The position numbers and the translations under genes are program-made. A stretch of 64,000 bases of DNA, taken from positions 65,801-129,800 of the forward strand of contig JBBTYL010000001.1 of the NCBI GenBank assembly GCA_038061795.1, given 5' to 3'. The notes beneath the pieces were generated by a model. It searched no databases, was not told the DNA's origin, and saw only the letters and a program-made list of their open reading frames with translations. This DNA is from Patescibacteria group bacterium (GTDB taxonomy: Bacteria > Patescibacteriota > Minisyncoccia > Phycocordibacterales > PALSA-1337). Positions 1-10,421 of this stretch are shown here, piece by piece (positions within the stretch are counted from its first letter, which is position 1; each line of letters begins with the position of its first letter).

Positions 1-2
1 AA

Positions 3-233
3 CGAAGAACTCAGATCGTAAAGCTCGCCAAGGAAAAGCTTGAAGAAGGACGGAAGCAGATTCGCATTCATCGCGACGAAGCTATGAAGGATCTCAAGAC
101 CAAGGTAAAAGAAGGAGGCATCGGGGAGGACGAAATGTTCAGACATGAGAAGGAAATCCAGAAATTCGTCGATGAGACGAACAAGAGGCTTGATGAGCTT
201 TATTCAAAGAAGGAAAAGGAAATAACAGCCTGA
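3..233 (+). CDS. frr: Ribosome recycling factor, C-terminal fragment (5' end outside window)
   Basis: Frame starting at nt 3 reads ...KQIRIHRDEAMKDLKTKVKEGGIGEDEMFRHEKEIQKFVDETNKRLDELYSKKEKEITA*. This matches the conserved Frr C-terminal helix pattern (i-s-EDE ... EIQK-x-x-D). Stop TGA 231-233 overlaps the next ATG (TGATG). Confidence 0.75.
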   Translation, partial: RRTQIVKLAKEKLEEGRKQIRIHRDEAMKDLKTKVKEGGIGEDEMFRHEKEIQKFVDETNKRLDELYSKKEKEITA

Positions 234-1306
234 TGACAGTCATACTTTTTTTAGTCGTACTAGCTATTCTTATTTTTGTCCATGAACTTGGGCACTTTCT
301 TGTTGCAAAAGCTTGCGGCATACGCGTTGATGCATTTGCAGTCGGTTTTGGCCCGAAACTTGTATCAAAAACCGTCGGAGAGGTGACATATTCTATCAAT
401 CTCGTGCCTTTCGGCGGTTATGTCAGGATCTTCGGAGAGAATCCTGACGATGAATCAATCAATGGCCCAGACAGTTCCCGTAGTTTCATCAACAAGCCCA
501 AATGGCAGCAAGTCTCGGTGCTTTTTGCCGGAATATTCTTCAACTTCGTCTTTGCGTGGCTTCTCATAGTGATAGCATTTTCTTCAGGCGTTCCGGCTTC
601 TGTCAGCAGCTATCCGGAATACCGCGATCAAATGAAGAATGAGCGAATCGTCGTTACATTCGTGAACAAAGGCTCTCCAGCTGAAAAAGCAGGACTCAAA
701 GCTGGAGATGCTCTTGTGACAACTTCAGTCGAGGATTTTCAAAACGTCATAAATCAAAGCGAAGGAAAAGATATCGAAGTCATTTACAGGAGGAATGATA
801 TTGAATCAAAAGCCAACATTGTCGCTGAAAAAGGAATCATCGAAGGAAAGTATGCGATCGGGATTGCCATGGATGATGTGGCAACACTTCGACTTCCAGT
901 CCATGTCTCAGTGCTTGAAAGCGTAAAGCTCACTACCTACATGATCGGTGCCACATTCACCGGTCTTTATGATCTAGCGGCAGGCGTTTTCAAAGGAACT
1001 TCAAGCCTTGAGTCAGTTACTGGCCCGATCGGAATAGCCGGCCTTATCGGCGATGCTGCAAAGCTCGGCTTTACTTATCTCATCATGTTCACAGCCATTA
1101 TTTCCATAAACCTCGGCGTTCTCAATCTCATGCCGTTTCCAGCACTTGATGGAGGACGAATCCTTTTTGTAATTATTGAGGCAACGATACGTCGTCCTAT
1201 TAGACCGGTTATTGCGAACTCATTGAATGCAGCAGGCTTCAGCCTCCTCATTTTGCTGATGATTGTGATTACCTATCGCGACATCGCTAAATTGTTTGTG
1301 AAATAA
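233..1306 (+). CDS. rseP: RIP (site-2) zinc metalloprotease, M50 family, RseP-like
   Basis: 357 aa. HExxH in the first TM region (VHELGHFLVA), a central PDZ-like segment, and a C-terminal NLMPFPALDGGR motif. Multiple TM helices. Confidence 0.9.
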   Translation: MTVILFLVVLAILIFVHELGHFLVAKACGIRVDAFAVGFGPKLVSKTVGEVTYSINLVPFGGYVRIFGENPDDESINGPDSSRSFINKPKWQQVSVLFAGIFFNFVFAWLLIVIAFSSGVPASVSSYPEYRDQMKNERIVVTFVNKGSPAEKAGLKAGDALVTTSVEDFQNVINQSEGKDIEVIYRRNDIESKANIVAEKGIIEGKYAIGIAMDDVATLRLPVHVSVLESVKLTTYMIGATFTGLYDLAAGVFKGTSSLESVTGPIGIAGLIGDAAKLGFTYLIMFTAIISINLGVLNLMPFPALDGGRILFVIIEATIRRPIRPVIANSLNAAGFSLLILLMIVITYRDIAKLFVK

Positions 1307-1348
1307 GGCGTTTTCCTGTATCATAGGCCTGTATTTAAACTCATATCT

Positions 1349-2584
1349 ATGCGCCAATCGCTACTTTTTACCAAAACCCGAAAAGACGCCCCAAAGGACG
1401 AAGTATCAAGGAATGCCCAGCTTCTTATTCGAGCAGGCTTTATCCACAAGGAGATGGCCGGAGTGTACTCATACCTTCCACTCGGTTTGCGAGTGATGAA
1501 CAAAATAGTCCAGGTTATCAGGGATGAAATGAATGCACTCGGCGGTCAGGAGCTCTTTCTCACCTCGCTTCAGGACAAGAAAGTTTGGGAAACTTCTGGA
1601 CGATGGGATGATGCGGTCGTAGACAATTGGTTCAAGACAAAATTGAAGAACGACAGCGAGCTTGGTCTCGGATTCACTCATGAAGAGCCTTTGACGAATC
1701 TTATGACCGAATACTTGAGATCATTCAGGGATCTTCCGGTTTTCGTCTACCAGTTCCAGACGAAGTTCAGGAATGAGGCTCGCGCAAAGAGCGGAATCAT
1801 GCGCGGTCGCGAATTTCTCATGAAGGATCTATATTCCTTTACGCGGACAGAAAAGGAACACGCTGATTTTTATGAAAAAGCGAAGCAGGGCTATATCAAT
1901 ATTTTCAAAAAAATAGGGCTTGGCGACAAGACCTACGTGACATTCGCTTCAGGAGGATCCTTTTCAAAGTATTCGCATGAATTCCAGACTCTGACGGACG
2001 CTGGTGAAGATTCAATTTTTGTGGACGAGAAGAAAAAGATCGCCATTAACAAGGAAGTTTTGAACGATGAGGTGCTTGCAGATCTCGGCGTGAAGCGAGA
2101 TGAGCTAGTTGAAAAGAAAGCAGTCGAAGTCGGAAACATTTTTTCTCTAGGCACGAAGTTTTCGGATGCATTCGAACTCAAATACGTCGACGAAAAAGGA
2201 GAAAAGAAGCTTGTCATCATGGGAAGCTATGGCATCGGCCCCGGACGAGTCATGGGAACGGTCGCAGAAGTCCTTTCAGATGATAAGGGCCTTGTGTGGC
2301 CAGCGTCTATTGCTCCTTTTGCAATTCATCTCATTTCAATTGAGGATAAGAATGGAAAAGTAAAGGCAGAGGCTGACAAGCTTTATGAGCGTTTGACCAA
2401 AAAGGGCATTGAAGTCCTTTATGATGACCGTGACGCGCGTCCAGGAGAAAAATTCGCAGACAGCGATCTTATCGGAATTCCTACGCGCATCGTCATAAGC
2501 GAAAAGACCTTGGAATCAGATTCTGTTGAAGCTAAAGATAGAATGACCGGCACGGTTGAAATGAAGAAACATGAACGAATTTAA
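1349..2584 (+). CDS. proS: Prolyl-tRNA synthetase, short form lacking the INS editing insertion
   Basis: 411 aa. ProRS-type N-terminus (AQLLIRAGFI..AGVYSYLPLG). Class II motifs FRNEARAKSGIMRGREF and GSYGIGPGR. C-terminal anticodon-binding pattern (DDRDARPGEKFADSDLIGIP). Confidence 0.9.
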   Translation: MRQSLLFTKTRKDAPKDEVSRNAQLLIRAGFIHKEMAGVYSYLPLGLRVMNKIVQVIRDEMNALGGQELFLTSLQDKKVWETSGRWDDAVVDNWFKTKLKNDSELGLGFTHEEPLTNLMTEYLRSFRDLPVFVYQFQTKFRNEARAKSGIMRGREFLMKDLYSFTRTEKEHADFYEKAKQGYINIFKKIGLGDKTYVTFASGGSFSKYSHEFQTLTDAGEDSIFVDEKKKIAINKEVLNDEVLADLGVKRDELVEKKAVEVGNIFSLGTKFSDAFELKYVDEKGEKKLVIMGSYGIGPGRVMGTVAEVLSDDKGLVWPASIAPFAIHLISIEDKNGKVKAEADKLYERLTKKGIEVLYDDRDARPGEKFADSDLIGIPTRIVISEKTLESDSVEAKDRMTGTVEMKKHERI

Positions 2585-3629
2585 GAAAAAAATTTATGCA
2601 TATTTGTCGAATGATATTGGTATAGATCTCGGAACAGCCAATACGCTTGTTTATCTGCGCGGACACGGAATTGTCGTGAACGAGCCTTCTGTTGTAGCAG
2701 TAAACCAAAAAACTGGTCGCGTGGTTGCTGTGGGAACTGTTGCAAAGGACATGCTTGGCCGAACCCCGCCGCATATTATCGCTGTTCGGCCCCTCGTCGA
2801 CGGAGTCATCTCGGATTTCGAAGTCACCGAAGAGCTAATTTCATACCTTGTAAAGAAAGCGGAGCAATATTCCAAGAAAATTCTAGGACCGCGTGTCGTT
2901 GTCGGGGTTCCTTCAGGTGTGACAAACGTGGAGATTCGTGCAGTGCGTGATGCTACGAAAAATGCAGGCGCTCGCGAAGTCTTCATCGTCGAAGAGCCGA
3001 TGGCTGGGGCGATCGGAATTCGCTTGCCTATCCATGAGCCGGTCGGAAGCATGATCATTGATATCGGAGGAGGAACGACGGATATTGCCGTCATATCCCT
3101 CGGGGGAATAGTCCGTTCGAAGAATCTCAAAGTTGCCGGAGACAAGCTCAACAGCGATATCATGTCGTACATCCGCAATGAATTCAAGATTCTCATCGGC
3201 GAGAAGACCGCCGAATATATAAAGATTGCTGTGGGAGCGGTCGTGCCAGGCGAATCTCTTGAGACGACCATTCGGGGTCGGGATCTCATCACCGGCCTTC
3301 CTCGCGAAGTAGTCATCACTGATTCCGATATCCGTGAAGCGATGTCCTCTTCCGTAGATATGCTCATCGAGTCGGCGAAGGAAGTCCTTGAGACCACGCC
3401 GCCAGAAATCCTTTCTGATGTCATGAATCGCGGCATACATCTTGTCGGCGGCGGGGCGCTAATCAAGGGTCTTGCTGGGCTTCTGACATCTTCACTTAAG
3501 CTCCCAGTCTATATCGCCGAAGATCCTTTGACAGCTATCGCCCGAGGGACAGGAATCATACTTGAGAATCTGGAAAAATATAACGATGTATTAATACAAA
3601 ACGAAGATGAGCTACGAGCACAAAAGTAA
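2571..3629 (+). CDS. mreB: Rod shape-determining actin homolog MreB
   Basis: 352 aa. Actin-fold motifs IGIDLGTANT, DIGGGTTD, LVGGGALI. Followed by mreC. Confidence 0.95.
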   Translation: MNEFKKKIYAYLSNDIGIDLGTANTLVYLRGHGIVVNEPSVVAVNQKTGRVVAVGTVAKDMLGRTPPHIIAVRPLVDGVISDFEVTEELISYLVKKAEQYSKKILGPRVVVGVPSGVTNVEIRAVRDATKNAGAREVFIVEEPMAGAIGIRLPIHEPVGSMIIDIGGGTTDIAVISLGGIVRSKNLKVAGDKLNSDIMSYIRNEFKILIGEKTAEYIKIAVGAVVPGESLETTIRGRDLITGLPREVVITDSDIREAMSSSVDMLIESAKEVLETTPPEILSDVMNRGIHLVGGGALIKGLAGLLTSSLKLPVYIAEDPLTAIARGTGIILENLEKYNDVLIQNEDELRAQK

Positions 3630-4332
3630 TGTCAAGCCGAAAAGGATAGGCGTGCCCATAAAGATCGTAAGCACGATCATACTTGTCCTCGTTGTCTTGA
3701 ACATGTTCGTGCCGACACTCCTTTCCTCCTTCTTCGCTTGGATTGCGCGCCCATTCTGGAGCATCGAGAAGGGCATCACTGATAGTGCGGCCTTTATTTC
3801 TCCTGAACTGCAGAATGCCACAATCATTGAACTGCAGAAAGAGAATGCCGATTTGAAAAAGCTTTTTGATGCGAGAGTGTCTTCAAGCTCTGTTGTCGCA
3901 TATATTCTCAAGAAGCCGCCATTCTCAGCTTATGATACGTTCATAATCGACGCCGGCTTGGACGCGGGCATCAAGAACGGCGCAAAGGTATATGTCATGG
4001 GAGGGGTCATTATCGGGGAAATCATCGATGCAGCCTCGATGATATCGAAAGTCAAGCTCTATTCTTCATACGGAGAAAAGTACGAAGTGTACATCGGCAG
4101 TGACAACATACAGGCTACCGCTACAGGAAGAGGAGGAGGATCATTCGAAGCCGTGCTTCCCCGCGATGTCAAAATCCAGGAAGGCGATACTGTCACGATC
4201 CCACATCTCACAACCACAGTCTTCGGCATTGTGAAAAAGGTCATCGCCGATCCTGCACGCGCCTTTTCTACCATACTTTTTTCCCAGCCGATAAACATAT
4301 ACGAACAGAAGTGGGTAGAGATCGATATTTAA
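3607..4332 (+). CDS. mreC: Rod shape-determining protein MreC
   Basis: 241 aa. N-terminal TM anchor, a coiled-coil stretch (ELQKENADLKKLF), then a beta-rich domain. Overlaps the mreB 3' end and sits in the canonical mreBCD order. Confidence 0.75.
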   Translation: MSYEHKSNVKPKRIGVPIKIVSTIILVLVVLNMFVPTLLSSFFAWIARPFWSIEKGITDSAAFISPELQNATIIELQKENADLKKLFDARVSSSSVVAYILKKPPFSAYDTFIIDAGLDAGIKNGAKVYVMGGVIIGEIIDAASMISKVKLYSSYGEKYEVYIGSDNIQATATGRGGGSFEAVLPRDVKIQEGDTVTIPHLTTTVFGIVKKVIADPARAFSTILFSQPINIYEQKWVEIDI

Positions 4333-4333
4333 T

Positions 4334-4630
4334 ATGAAAAAAAACGCCGTAAAAAAAATATTCATTCGCCTCGGAGCCGGAATCCTGATGTTCTGCTTCA
4401 TCATGTGGGGCTACTGGTGGATGGCGTGGTGCGCTGCTATCGTTCTGCTTTTCTATTTTCCTGCATATTACGAAATCATCCTGTGGGGAGTGATGTACGA
4501 TGCGCTCTACGGAATGCCCTTGCCGGAATTTTGGAATATCAGGTATATTTTTACCATTGCGAGTATCGTGCTATTTCTGATATCCTTTTTCCTGAGGAAA
4601 AGACTTACGATTTATGAAGATAGGAATTAA
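4334..4630 (+). CDS. Small polytopic membrane protein, putative MreD
   Basis: 98 aa, about 3 TM helices, located exactly between mreC and the PBP2 gene. The assignment is positional only. Confidence 0.4.
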   Translation: MKKNAVKKIFIRLGAGILMFCFIMWGYWWMAWCAAIVLLFYFPAYYEIILWGVMYDALYGMPLPEFWNIRYIFTIASIVLFLISFFLRKRLTIYEDRN

Positions 4631-6296
4631 AATAAGGAAAAAATCGCACAGGGAAATAGCTCCTGATGAAATTTTCATAGATTCGCACAACCTTCCCCAG
4701 TTCGATACGCAGCAATTCGAAGGAAGGCTAGAACGCCCGATATCTAGAACCACTCTGTCGGTGATTGTGGCTTTTTTCGTTCTCGTTCTCATAACGTTCG
4801 GATCAAAAGTCTGGGCGCTTCAGATCAAGGATGGAGACATCTATCGGGATCGCAGTGAAAACAATCGCTTGAGACATACGCCCATATTCGCTGCGCGCGG
4901 CGTTATCTATGATAGGAACGGGGTTGAACTGGCATGGAATGCGCCAAGCGACGATCCTGACATAGCGCTTAGGAAATACAAGGGGGACCCTGGCTTGGCC
5001 CATGTTGTCGGGTATGTACAGTATCCTTCGAAGGACAGCGCCGGATTCTACTATCGTGAAGACTTTGAGGGCGCCGATGGCGCAGAGAAGCACTTCAATT
5101 CGAATCTTCAGGGTGCGAATGGCATAAAGCTCGTGGAAGTCGATGCTCGTGGCAAAGTCCAATCACAAAATACGATGCAGCCGCCGAAAGAAGGATCTAA
5201 CCTGAGTCTTTCGATCGATTCTCGAATTCAGTCGGAAATGTATCGTGCAATCAGGGATATTGCAGGCAAGGTGGGATTTTCAGGGGGTGCCGGCGTCATG
5301 ATGGATGTGACGAACGGCGAAATCATAGCCATGACGAGCTATCCTGAATACGATTCCGAAACCATGTCGTCGAAGACCGATACTGCCAAAGTGAAATCCT
5401 ACCTAACGAGTCCCGACAAGCCTTTTCTTGATAGGGCTGTCGATGGACTTTACACCCCCGGTTCTATCATCAAGCCGTATATGGCGCTTGCAGCTCTCAA
5501 TGAAAAAGTCATAAATGCATCGCAGGAGATACTAAGTACCGGATCAATTGCCGTCCAAAACCAATACTACCCTGATTTGCAGACCATTTTCAAAGATTGG
5601 AAGGCTCACGGCTATGTGGATATGAGACATGCCATTGCTGTTTCTTCGGATGTCTATTTCTATGAAATCGGAGGAGGGTACAAGGATCAAAAAGGCCTCG
5701 GCATTGCTCGAATCGAGAAGTATATGAAGCAGTTCGGTTTCGGCGAGAAAATTAGCGACTCATTCTTTACCGGGGCAGCCGGTACGGTTCCAAATCCCGA
5801 ATGGAAGAAAGAACATTTTGACGGCGAAGCGTGGAATCTCGGAAATACGTACCATACTTCGATAGGTCAGTACGGATTCCAGACATCGCCGATACAGATC
5901 GTACGTGCGCTTGCCTCGATAGTTAATGACGGATTGCTTAGGAACCCAAGCATCATTAAGGGCGAGCTTGGTCCTATTGTCCGTCAAATTGATATTCCAG
6001 CTGATTACTTTACGGTAATAAAGGAAGGAATGAGGCTTGGAGTTCAGCAGGGAACCGGAACATCCCTCAATGTGCCCTATGTTGAGATTGCCAGCAAGTC
6101 AGGTACTGCAGAACTTGGAGCTTCCAAGGACAAGGTGAACTCATGGATGACTGGTTATTTCCCCTATAAAGCTCCTAGGTATGCTTTCGCTGTCCTTATG
6201 GAAAAGGGTTCAGTCCACAATCTCATAGGAGCCGGAGCGGCTATGAGGGAAGTGCTGGATTGGATGAATATCAACACGCCGGAGTATTTTAAATAA
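4614..6296 (+). CDS. mrdA: Penicillin-binding protein 2 (elongasome transpeptidase)
   Basis: 560 aa. TM anchor. Transpeptidase triad SxxK (GSIIKP), SxD/N (SSD) and K[ST]G (KSGTAE). Follows mreBCD. Confidence 0.85.
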   Translation: MKIGIKIRKKSHREIAPDEIFIDSHNLPQFDTQQFEGRLERPISRTTLSVIVAFFVLVLITFGSKVWALQIKDGDIYRDRSENNRLRHTPIFAARGVIYDRNGVELAWNAPSDDPDIALRKYKGDPGLAHVVGYVQYPSKDSAGFYYREDFEGADGAEKHFNSNLQGANGIKLVEVDARGKVQSQNTMQPPKEGSNLSLSIDSRIQSEMYRAIRDIAGKVGFSGGAGVMMDVTNGEIIAMTSYPEYDSETMSSKTDTAKVKSYLTSPDKPFLDRAVDGLYTPGSIIKPYMALAALNEKVINASQEILSTGSIAVQNQYYPDLQTIFKDWKAHGYVDMRHAIAVSSDVYFYEIGGGYKDQKGLGIARIEKYMKQFGFGEKISDSFFTGAAGTVPNPEWKKEHFDGEAWNLGNTYHTSIGQYGFQTSPIQIVRALASIVNDGLLRNPSIIKGELGPIVRQIDIPADYFTVIKEGMRLGVQQGTGTSLNVPYVEIASKSGTAELGASKDKVNSWMTGYFPYKAPRYAFAVLMEKGSVHNLIGAGAAMREVLDWMNINTPEYFK

Positions 6297-6380
6297 TATG
6301 AAAAATCCAGTTTAGGTCGAATTTAACACTTATACACACAGCGAATATTTCAAAATTGGGGTCGTGATAGAATATTAACA

Positions 6381-9300
6381 ATGAAATTTACAAACAAGAT
6401 TTCTGTTCAAGTAGTTTTTCTCTCATTACTTTTTGTGTCCGTTCTATTTTTTCCTCAGGGAGCATCAGCTGCGCCATGTGACATGATTTCTTCCTACGGT
6501 CTTTGGGATAACACTGTTAGTACACCTCAGGGTCAGTATGAAAATAGTCCTTTCACAGTACAAAGACCATTCTCAATGATAGAGTCGGGTTATTACAATG
6601 AACACAATACTGGAGCTGGTGTAACAAAGCTCACTTGGGATGCTAATTATTTAGGTGGGTGGCAAGGCATGGAACCAGCAATAGTGACCTATGAATTGCC
6701 AAATTCATACCATTGTTCTGGAACGCCGACAACAACCCCACTATCCTTTGTTCTTCCAGGTGGGATTGTCCAATCCAAGAATTTGGACAACAAAGTTACA
6801 TTCTCAACAGGCAAACACTATCCAATTAGCGCACTCGCCGATCAACTGTTCTACAATGCAAATTTATTTATTTTACCATGCGCAGAGCCTGGAACTCCTT
6901 GGGATGGACACTTGGGTAGAGGACCAAATACATCGAGTCTCTGCAATCAAGTCGATGAATTTGTAGCAGCAAATCCGTCGATTGATACGACAGGAGTAGG
7001 TGTCAGCTTGAAATCTCCATGGGGGCTCAGCGTACAACAGGAAGATGAAGCAATCGAGCAGATTGCTAAGACTGGGAAAATACGAGTCCAAGGTGCTGGT
7101 GTCACTAGAGATATACCCGCCACCAACTGTGTGCGCATCGCAGGTCCTGATCCAGTCGAATATGCTAAGACGCATGGAGGGAAGCAGCCAATCAAGGTGG
7201 TGTTTATGCGAGAGAATTCACATTATTCAAATGTATCAGATTTTAAGGATGCTGTTAGTTCGGTGATTGATAGTGGATTCAGATCCACGTATCCACTCAG
7301 TATTTATCAGAACGATTTTTCATTTTATATTGATCTAAGGAAACAGGAATTACCAATGACTGGGATAAATTTTGATCATCTACCAAATTCACATATTCAG
7401 TCTAGTTGCCAGGTTTCAGAAAAAGACAAACAAATTGTTTTATATAGTTCACTTGGATCTGCTAATATTGGAGGATATACTATCCAGTTCGGTAAAGTAG
7501 TTTTTATCAATACCTCAAGTGGAAGCGGCCTGGAATATAAGGTTGTACATGAAATTGGTCATGCTATCGGAGGACTTAACGATGAGTATATAGTTGCTAC
7601 AACAGGCAATGTTAATGTTAATGTTGGCGATCTTGGAAATGTAGCAACAACATGCAGTCTGGTTCCAAGCTGGGATTACAGAGGTTTAGATAATAAGGTT
7701 TACGGTTCCGTTACTGCTCGAGGTTGTAGTTTCCTTAAGACGAAAGAATTGAAAAATGCGTCAGATTATTTTAGACCAAGTAGCAAAAGTATTATGAATA
7801 GATACTACGATGTACCATATAGTTTGTATGGTGAAGACCCGGGTCCAGATAATCGTTTTAATGTAGTGGGTTGTGGGTATATGATTGCAGGAATTAAAGG
7901 TGAATCAATATCACAGGGGAGCGCCCAAAAATATTGGCCTGAATGTTTGAAAGCAGCTCAAGAGGGAAAAGTCGTCAAAGACGGCATTCCACCAGCCGCT
8001 CCAGCTCCTACCATTGGCCCACCAAAGACATCATTTCTTTTTCGGGAATCATCTTTTGCAAATGTGATTGATAGCATACGATCTCTGTTCAAGAGTTCAA
8101 TAAGCATCCCTACTGCATTCGGCGCTGGTGTATACAGCACCAGCCCTGGATTTACAGTGAAAGTCAATGGATCAGGATTTTCGGCGATTGACAATGCTGT
8201 TCAGCTCAGAAATATATCTACGGGGCAGATTATTGAGATTCTTGAAATATCAAATAAGGCAGGATATCCGCTTGAATTCATTGTGCCGACTACCACCCCT
8301 GTCGGTGAGTATGGTATGAAGGTAGGAGCTTTCAACAGCCCATGGTCGAATGAGCTTTCGTTTAGCGTCTTGGCTTCCAAAATTCCTGTAGTAGTCATCG
8401 CCGCAAATCCAGTAACCGTCAAATCCGGCCAATCAACGATTGTAAAGTGGGGTTCTGGCGGAGCAGATAAATGTATTGGAACTGCCAATAATACAGTTCC
8501 TTCGGTATGGTCAAATCCTGGGCTAAATGGATCGATGACATTCTTCCCAGTAGGAAACACGACACTTACTCTTACTTGCAATGGCGTGGGTGGTAGTAAG
8601 ACTTCTGCAGTTACGATTTTGAGTGACACAACCTCGAAGCCAACAGTAACATTCAATGTTACGCCGGCAACCATCAGTACCGGTAATGGAACAACGATCT
8701 CATGGACTGCATACAACGCAACTTCTTGTACGGGGAATTCGACCACTGCTGTTCCAGAATGGAACAAGATATTGCCATCGTCAGGTACACTCTATGTCAA
8801 GCCGACCCAAACAACCATATTTACATTGTCGTGTAGCGGTGCAACTGGAAGTACAAATATCGAAAAGAAAGTTACAGTCAATAATACCAACAACCTATCA
8901 GCATCGTGCACATACAATCCTTCTACATCGGTTGGCAAGCATCAGCTCGTTACAAGAACTGCTACGGCTACTGGTGGTACTGGTTCGTATACCTATTCAT
9001 GGACAGGAGTTGATGGATTAAAGGGAAATAACAGATCAATTTCGACATACTATTCATCTTCAGGAAGCAAATCCGCATCGGTGACAGTTGCATCCGGTGG
9101 TCAGTCTGTAACGACGCAATGCCCGGTAAATGTAAGCACATCTTTTGGTCCAACATATGAAACATATTTTCCAAGTATTTCATCTATTAACCCAATTTCA
9201 GGTCCAGCAAACACAAATATTACGCTAAGTGGAGTTGGGTTTAAGGAAGGAGTAACATTTGTTGCGATAAAGAAGGGAACTGAGGTGACATATATACGGC

Positions 9301-10358
9301 CTGAAACCATTTCTGGAAGTGCTAATTTTAGCTCAATGACATTTAATTTTGACCATTTGTCGCTCACATCAAGTGCGAAAGTTGGCGATAAATTCTCTAT
9401 AGTTGTCATCAATCCATTTGATGCCATTAAGGCAAGAGCACCACAATACCTCGGAATACGCCAACTCGAAAGCAACGCCATTAACTTCACATTAACTTCA
9501 GCTACAGAGTCTATACCAGCACCAGTTATAACCAGTATCAACCCAACTTCAGGAATAACAAATAGCCCAATCACTATCACTGGTACTGGCTTCACTTCTC
9601 AAAGCACCGTTACAGTTCAGCAGGCAGAATATGCTGAAATCATTACACCCACATCCGTTACCTCAACCTCTATTCAATTCGCATTTCATACAGGAATCAC
9701 TAGAAGAGGAGAATATCAAATCAAAGTTAACAATGGTGGTGTGTCAAGTAATATAACCACTTTCAACCTCACAGGGTTGCTTCCTCCTCCTCGCACACCA
9801 ACTCCAATCACACCAACTCCAGTAACAACGGATCCAGTGGCTACATCTCAACCAATCACCGTCCTTCCGTGGACTGGACCAGAAACCGTATCAGCGGGAT
9901 CTACACTAAACTACACCCTTAATTGGTCGGGAGGTCCTCTTATACCTGATGATGGAAACGAATGGATCATTTTCACCTTTTTCGAAAAGGACGGTAAGGT
10001 TGTATTTTCCAAAGATTTTTATCCCACGCCGTATATGTCAAAATGGACCGGACGACGCACTGTCGGAAGCAGCGCTTCAGTATCTGTTCCAGTTGACGCT
10101 CCAGCCGGAACCTATGATGTATACACAGGTATATATCGTGGCACACCGCGTCAGGAGCTAATTCCTGGTCCTGGAGTGACGCCTGCAAATGCTACTTCTA
10201 GAAAGTACAAGGTTGGTACGGTTTTTGTGACAACTCCCATCAAGACTCCAAATAATTCTAGCAATTCTTATTCTGCATCGCATTCTTTCAATGCGATTAC
10301 TGAAACAAAAACAAGCTCTGTCTGGAACGCAATAAAATCATGGTTTGGTTTTGAATAG
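6381..10358 (+). CDS. Giant secreted/surface protein: M64-like zinc metallopeptidase domain plus Ig-like/IPT repeats and a Pro/Thr linker
   Basis: 1325 aa. Signal peptide MKFTNKISVQVVFLSLLFVSVLFFPQGASA. Motif VVHEIGHAIGGLNDEY (HExxH...DEY, as in M64-type peptidases). Two Cys-containing Ig-like repeats (..TIVKWGSGGADKCIG..TLTLTCNGVGGS / ..TTISWTAYNATSCTG..IFTLSCSGATGS). Two IPT-like repeats (ISSINPISGPANTNITLSGVGF / ITSINPTSGITNSPITITGTGF). Linker PPPRTPTPITPTPVTT. Confidence 0.8.
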   Translation: MKFTNKISVQVVFLSLLFVSVLFFPQGASAAPCDMISSYGLWDNTVSTPQGQYENSPFTVQRPFSMIESGYYNEHNTGAGVTKLTWDANYLGGWQGMEPAIVTYELPNSYHCSGTPTTTPLSFVLPGGIVQSKNLDNKVTFSTGKHYPISALADQLFYNANLFILPCAEPGTPWDGHLGRGPNTSSLCNQVDEFVAANPSIDTTGVGVSLKSPWGLSVQQEDEAIEQIAKTGKIRVQGAGVTRDIPATNCVRIAGPDPVEYAKTHGGKQPIKVVFMRENSHYSNVSDFKDAVSSVIDSGFRSTYPLSIYQNDFSFYIDLRKQELPMTGINFDHLPNSHIQSSCQVSEKDKQIVLYSSLGSANIGGYTIQFGKVVFINTSSGSGLEYKVVHEIGHAIGGLNDEYIVATTGNVNVNVGDLGNVATTCSLVPSWDYRGLDNKVYGSVTARGCSFLKTKELKNASDYFRPSSKSIMNRYYDVPYSLYGEDPGPDNRFNVVGCGYMIAGIKGESISQGSAQKYWPECLKAAQEGKVVKDGIPPAAPAPTIGPPKTSFLFRESSFANVIDSIRSLFKSSISIPTAFGAGVYSTSPGFTVKVNGSGFSAIDNAVQLRNISTGQIIEILEISNKAGYPLEFIVPTTTPVGEYGMKVGAFNSPWSNELSFSVLASKIPVVVIAANPVTVKSGQSTIVKWGSGGADKCIGTANNTVPSVWSNPGLNGSMTFFPVGNTTLTLTCNGVGGSKTSAVTILSDTTSKPTVTFNVTPATISTGNGTTISWTAYNATSCTGNSTTAVPEWNKILPSSGTLYVKPTQTTIFTLSCSGATGSTNIEKKVTVNNTNNLSASCTYNPSTSVGKHQLVTRTATATGGTGSYTYSWTGVDGLKGNNRSISTYYSSSGSKSASVTVASGGQSVTTQCPVNVSTSFGPTYETYFPSISSINPISGPANTNITLSGVGFKEGVTFVAIKKGTEVTYIRPETISGSANFSSMTFNFDHLSLTSSAKVGDKFSIVVINPFDAIKARAPQYLGIRQLESNAINFTLTSATESIPAPVITSINPTSGITNSPITITGTGFTSQSTVTVQQAEYAEIITPTSVTSTSIQFAFHTGITRRGEYQIKVNNGGVSSNITTFNLTGLLPPPRTPTPITPTPVTTDPVATSQPITVLPWTGPETVSAGSTLNYTLNWSGGPLIPDDGNEWIIFTFFEKDGKVVFSKDFYPTPYMSKWTGRRTVGSSASVSVPVDAPAGTYDVYTGIYRGTPRQELIPGPGVTPANATSRKYKVGTVFVTTPIKTPNNSSNSYSASHSFNAITETKTSSVWNAIKSWFGFE

Positions 10359-10421
10359 AAATAATATTTACTTTTACCTATAAATAAGGTATTATATAGG
10401 TCTTATAACTAATGTAACCCT

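Noticed and set aside
2651-3466. 271-aa and 175-aa minus-strand ORFs inside mreB.
   Set aside because: They lie antisense to an unambiguous mreB gene. Their Arg/Ser/Thr/Pro-rich translations are typical of shadow ORFs.
6691-9595. Multiple nested ORFs of 60-188 aa on both strands inside the 1325-aa surface-protein gene.
   Set aside because: All are contained within a single long ORF that has a signal peptide and coherent domain repeats, so they are off-frame or antisense artefacts.
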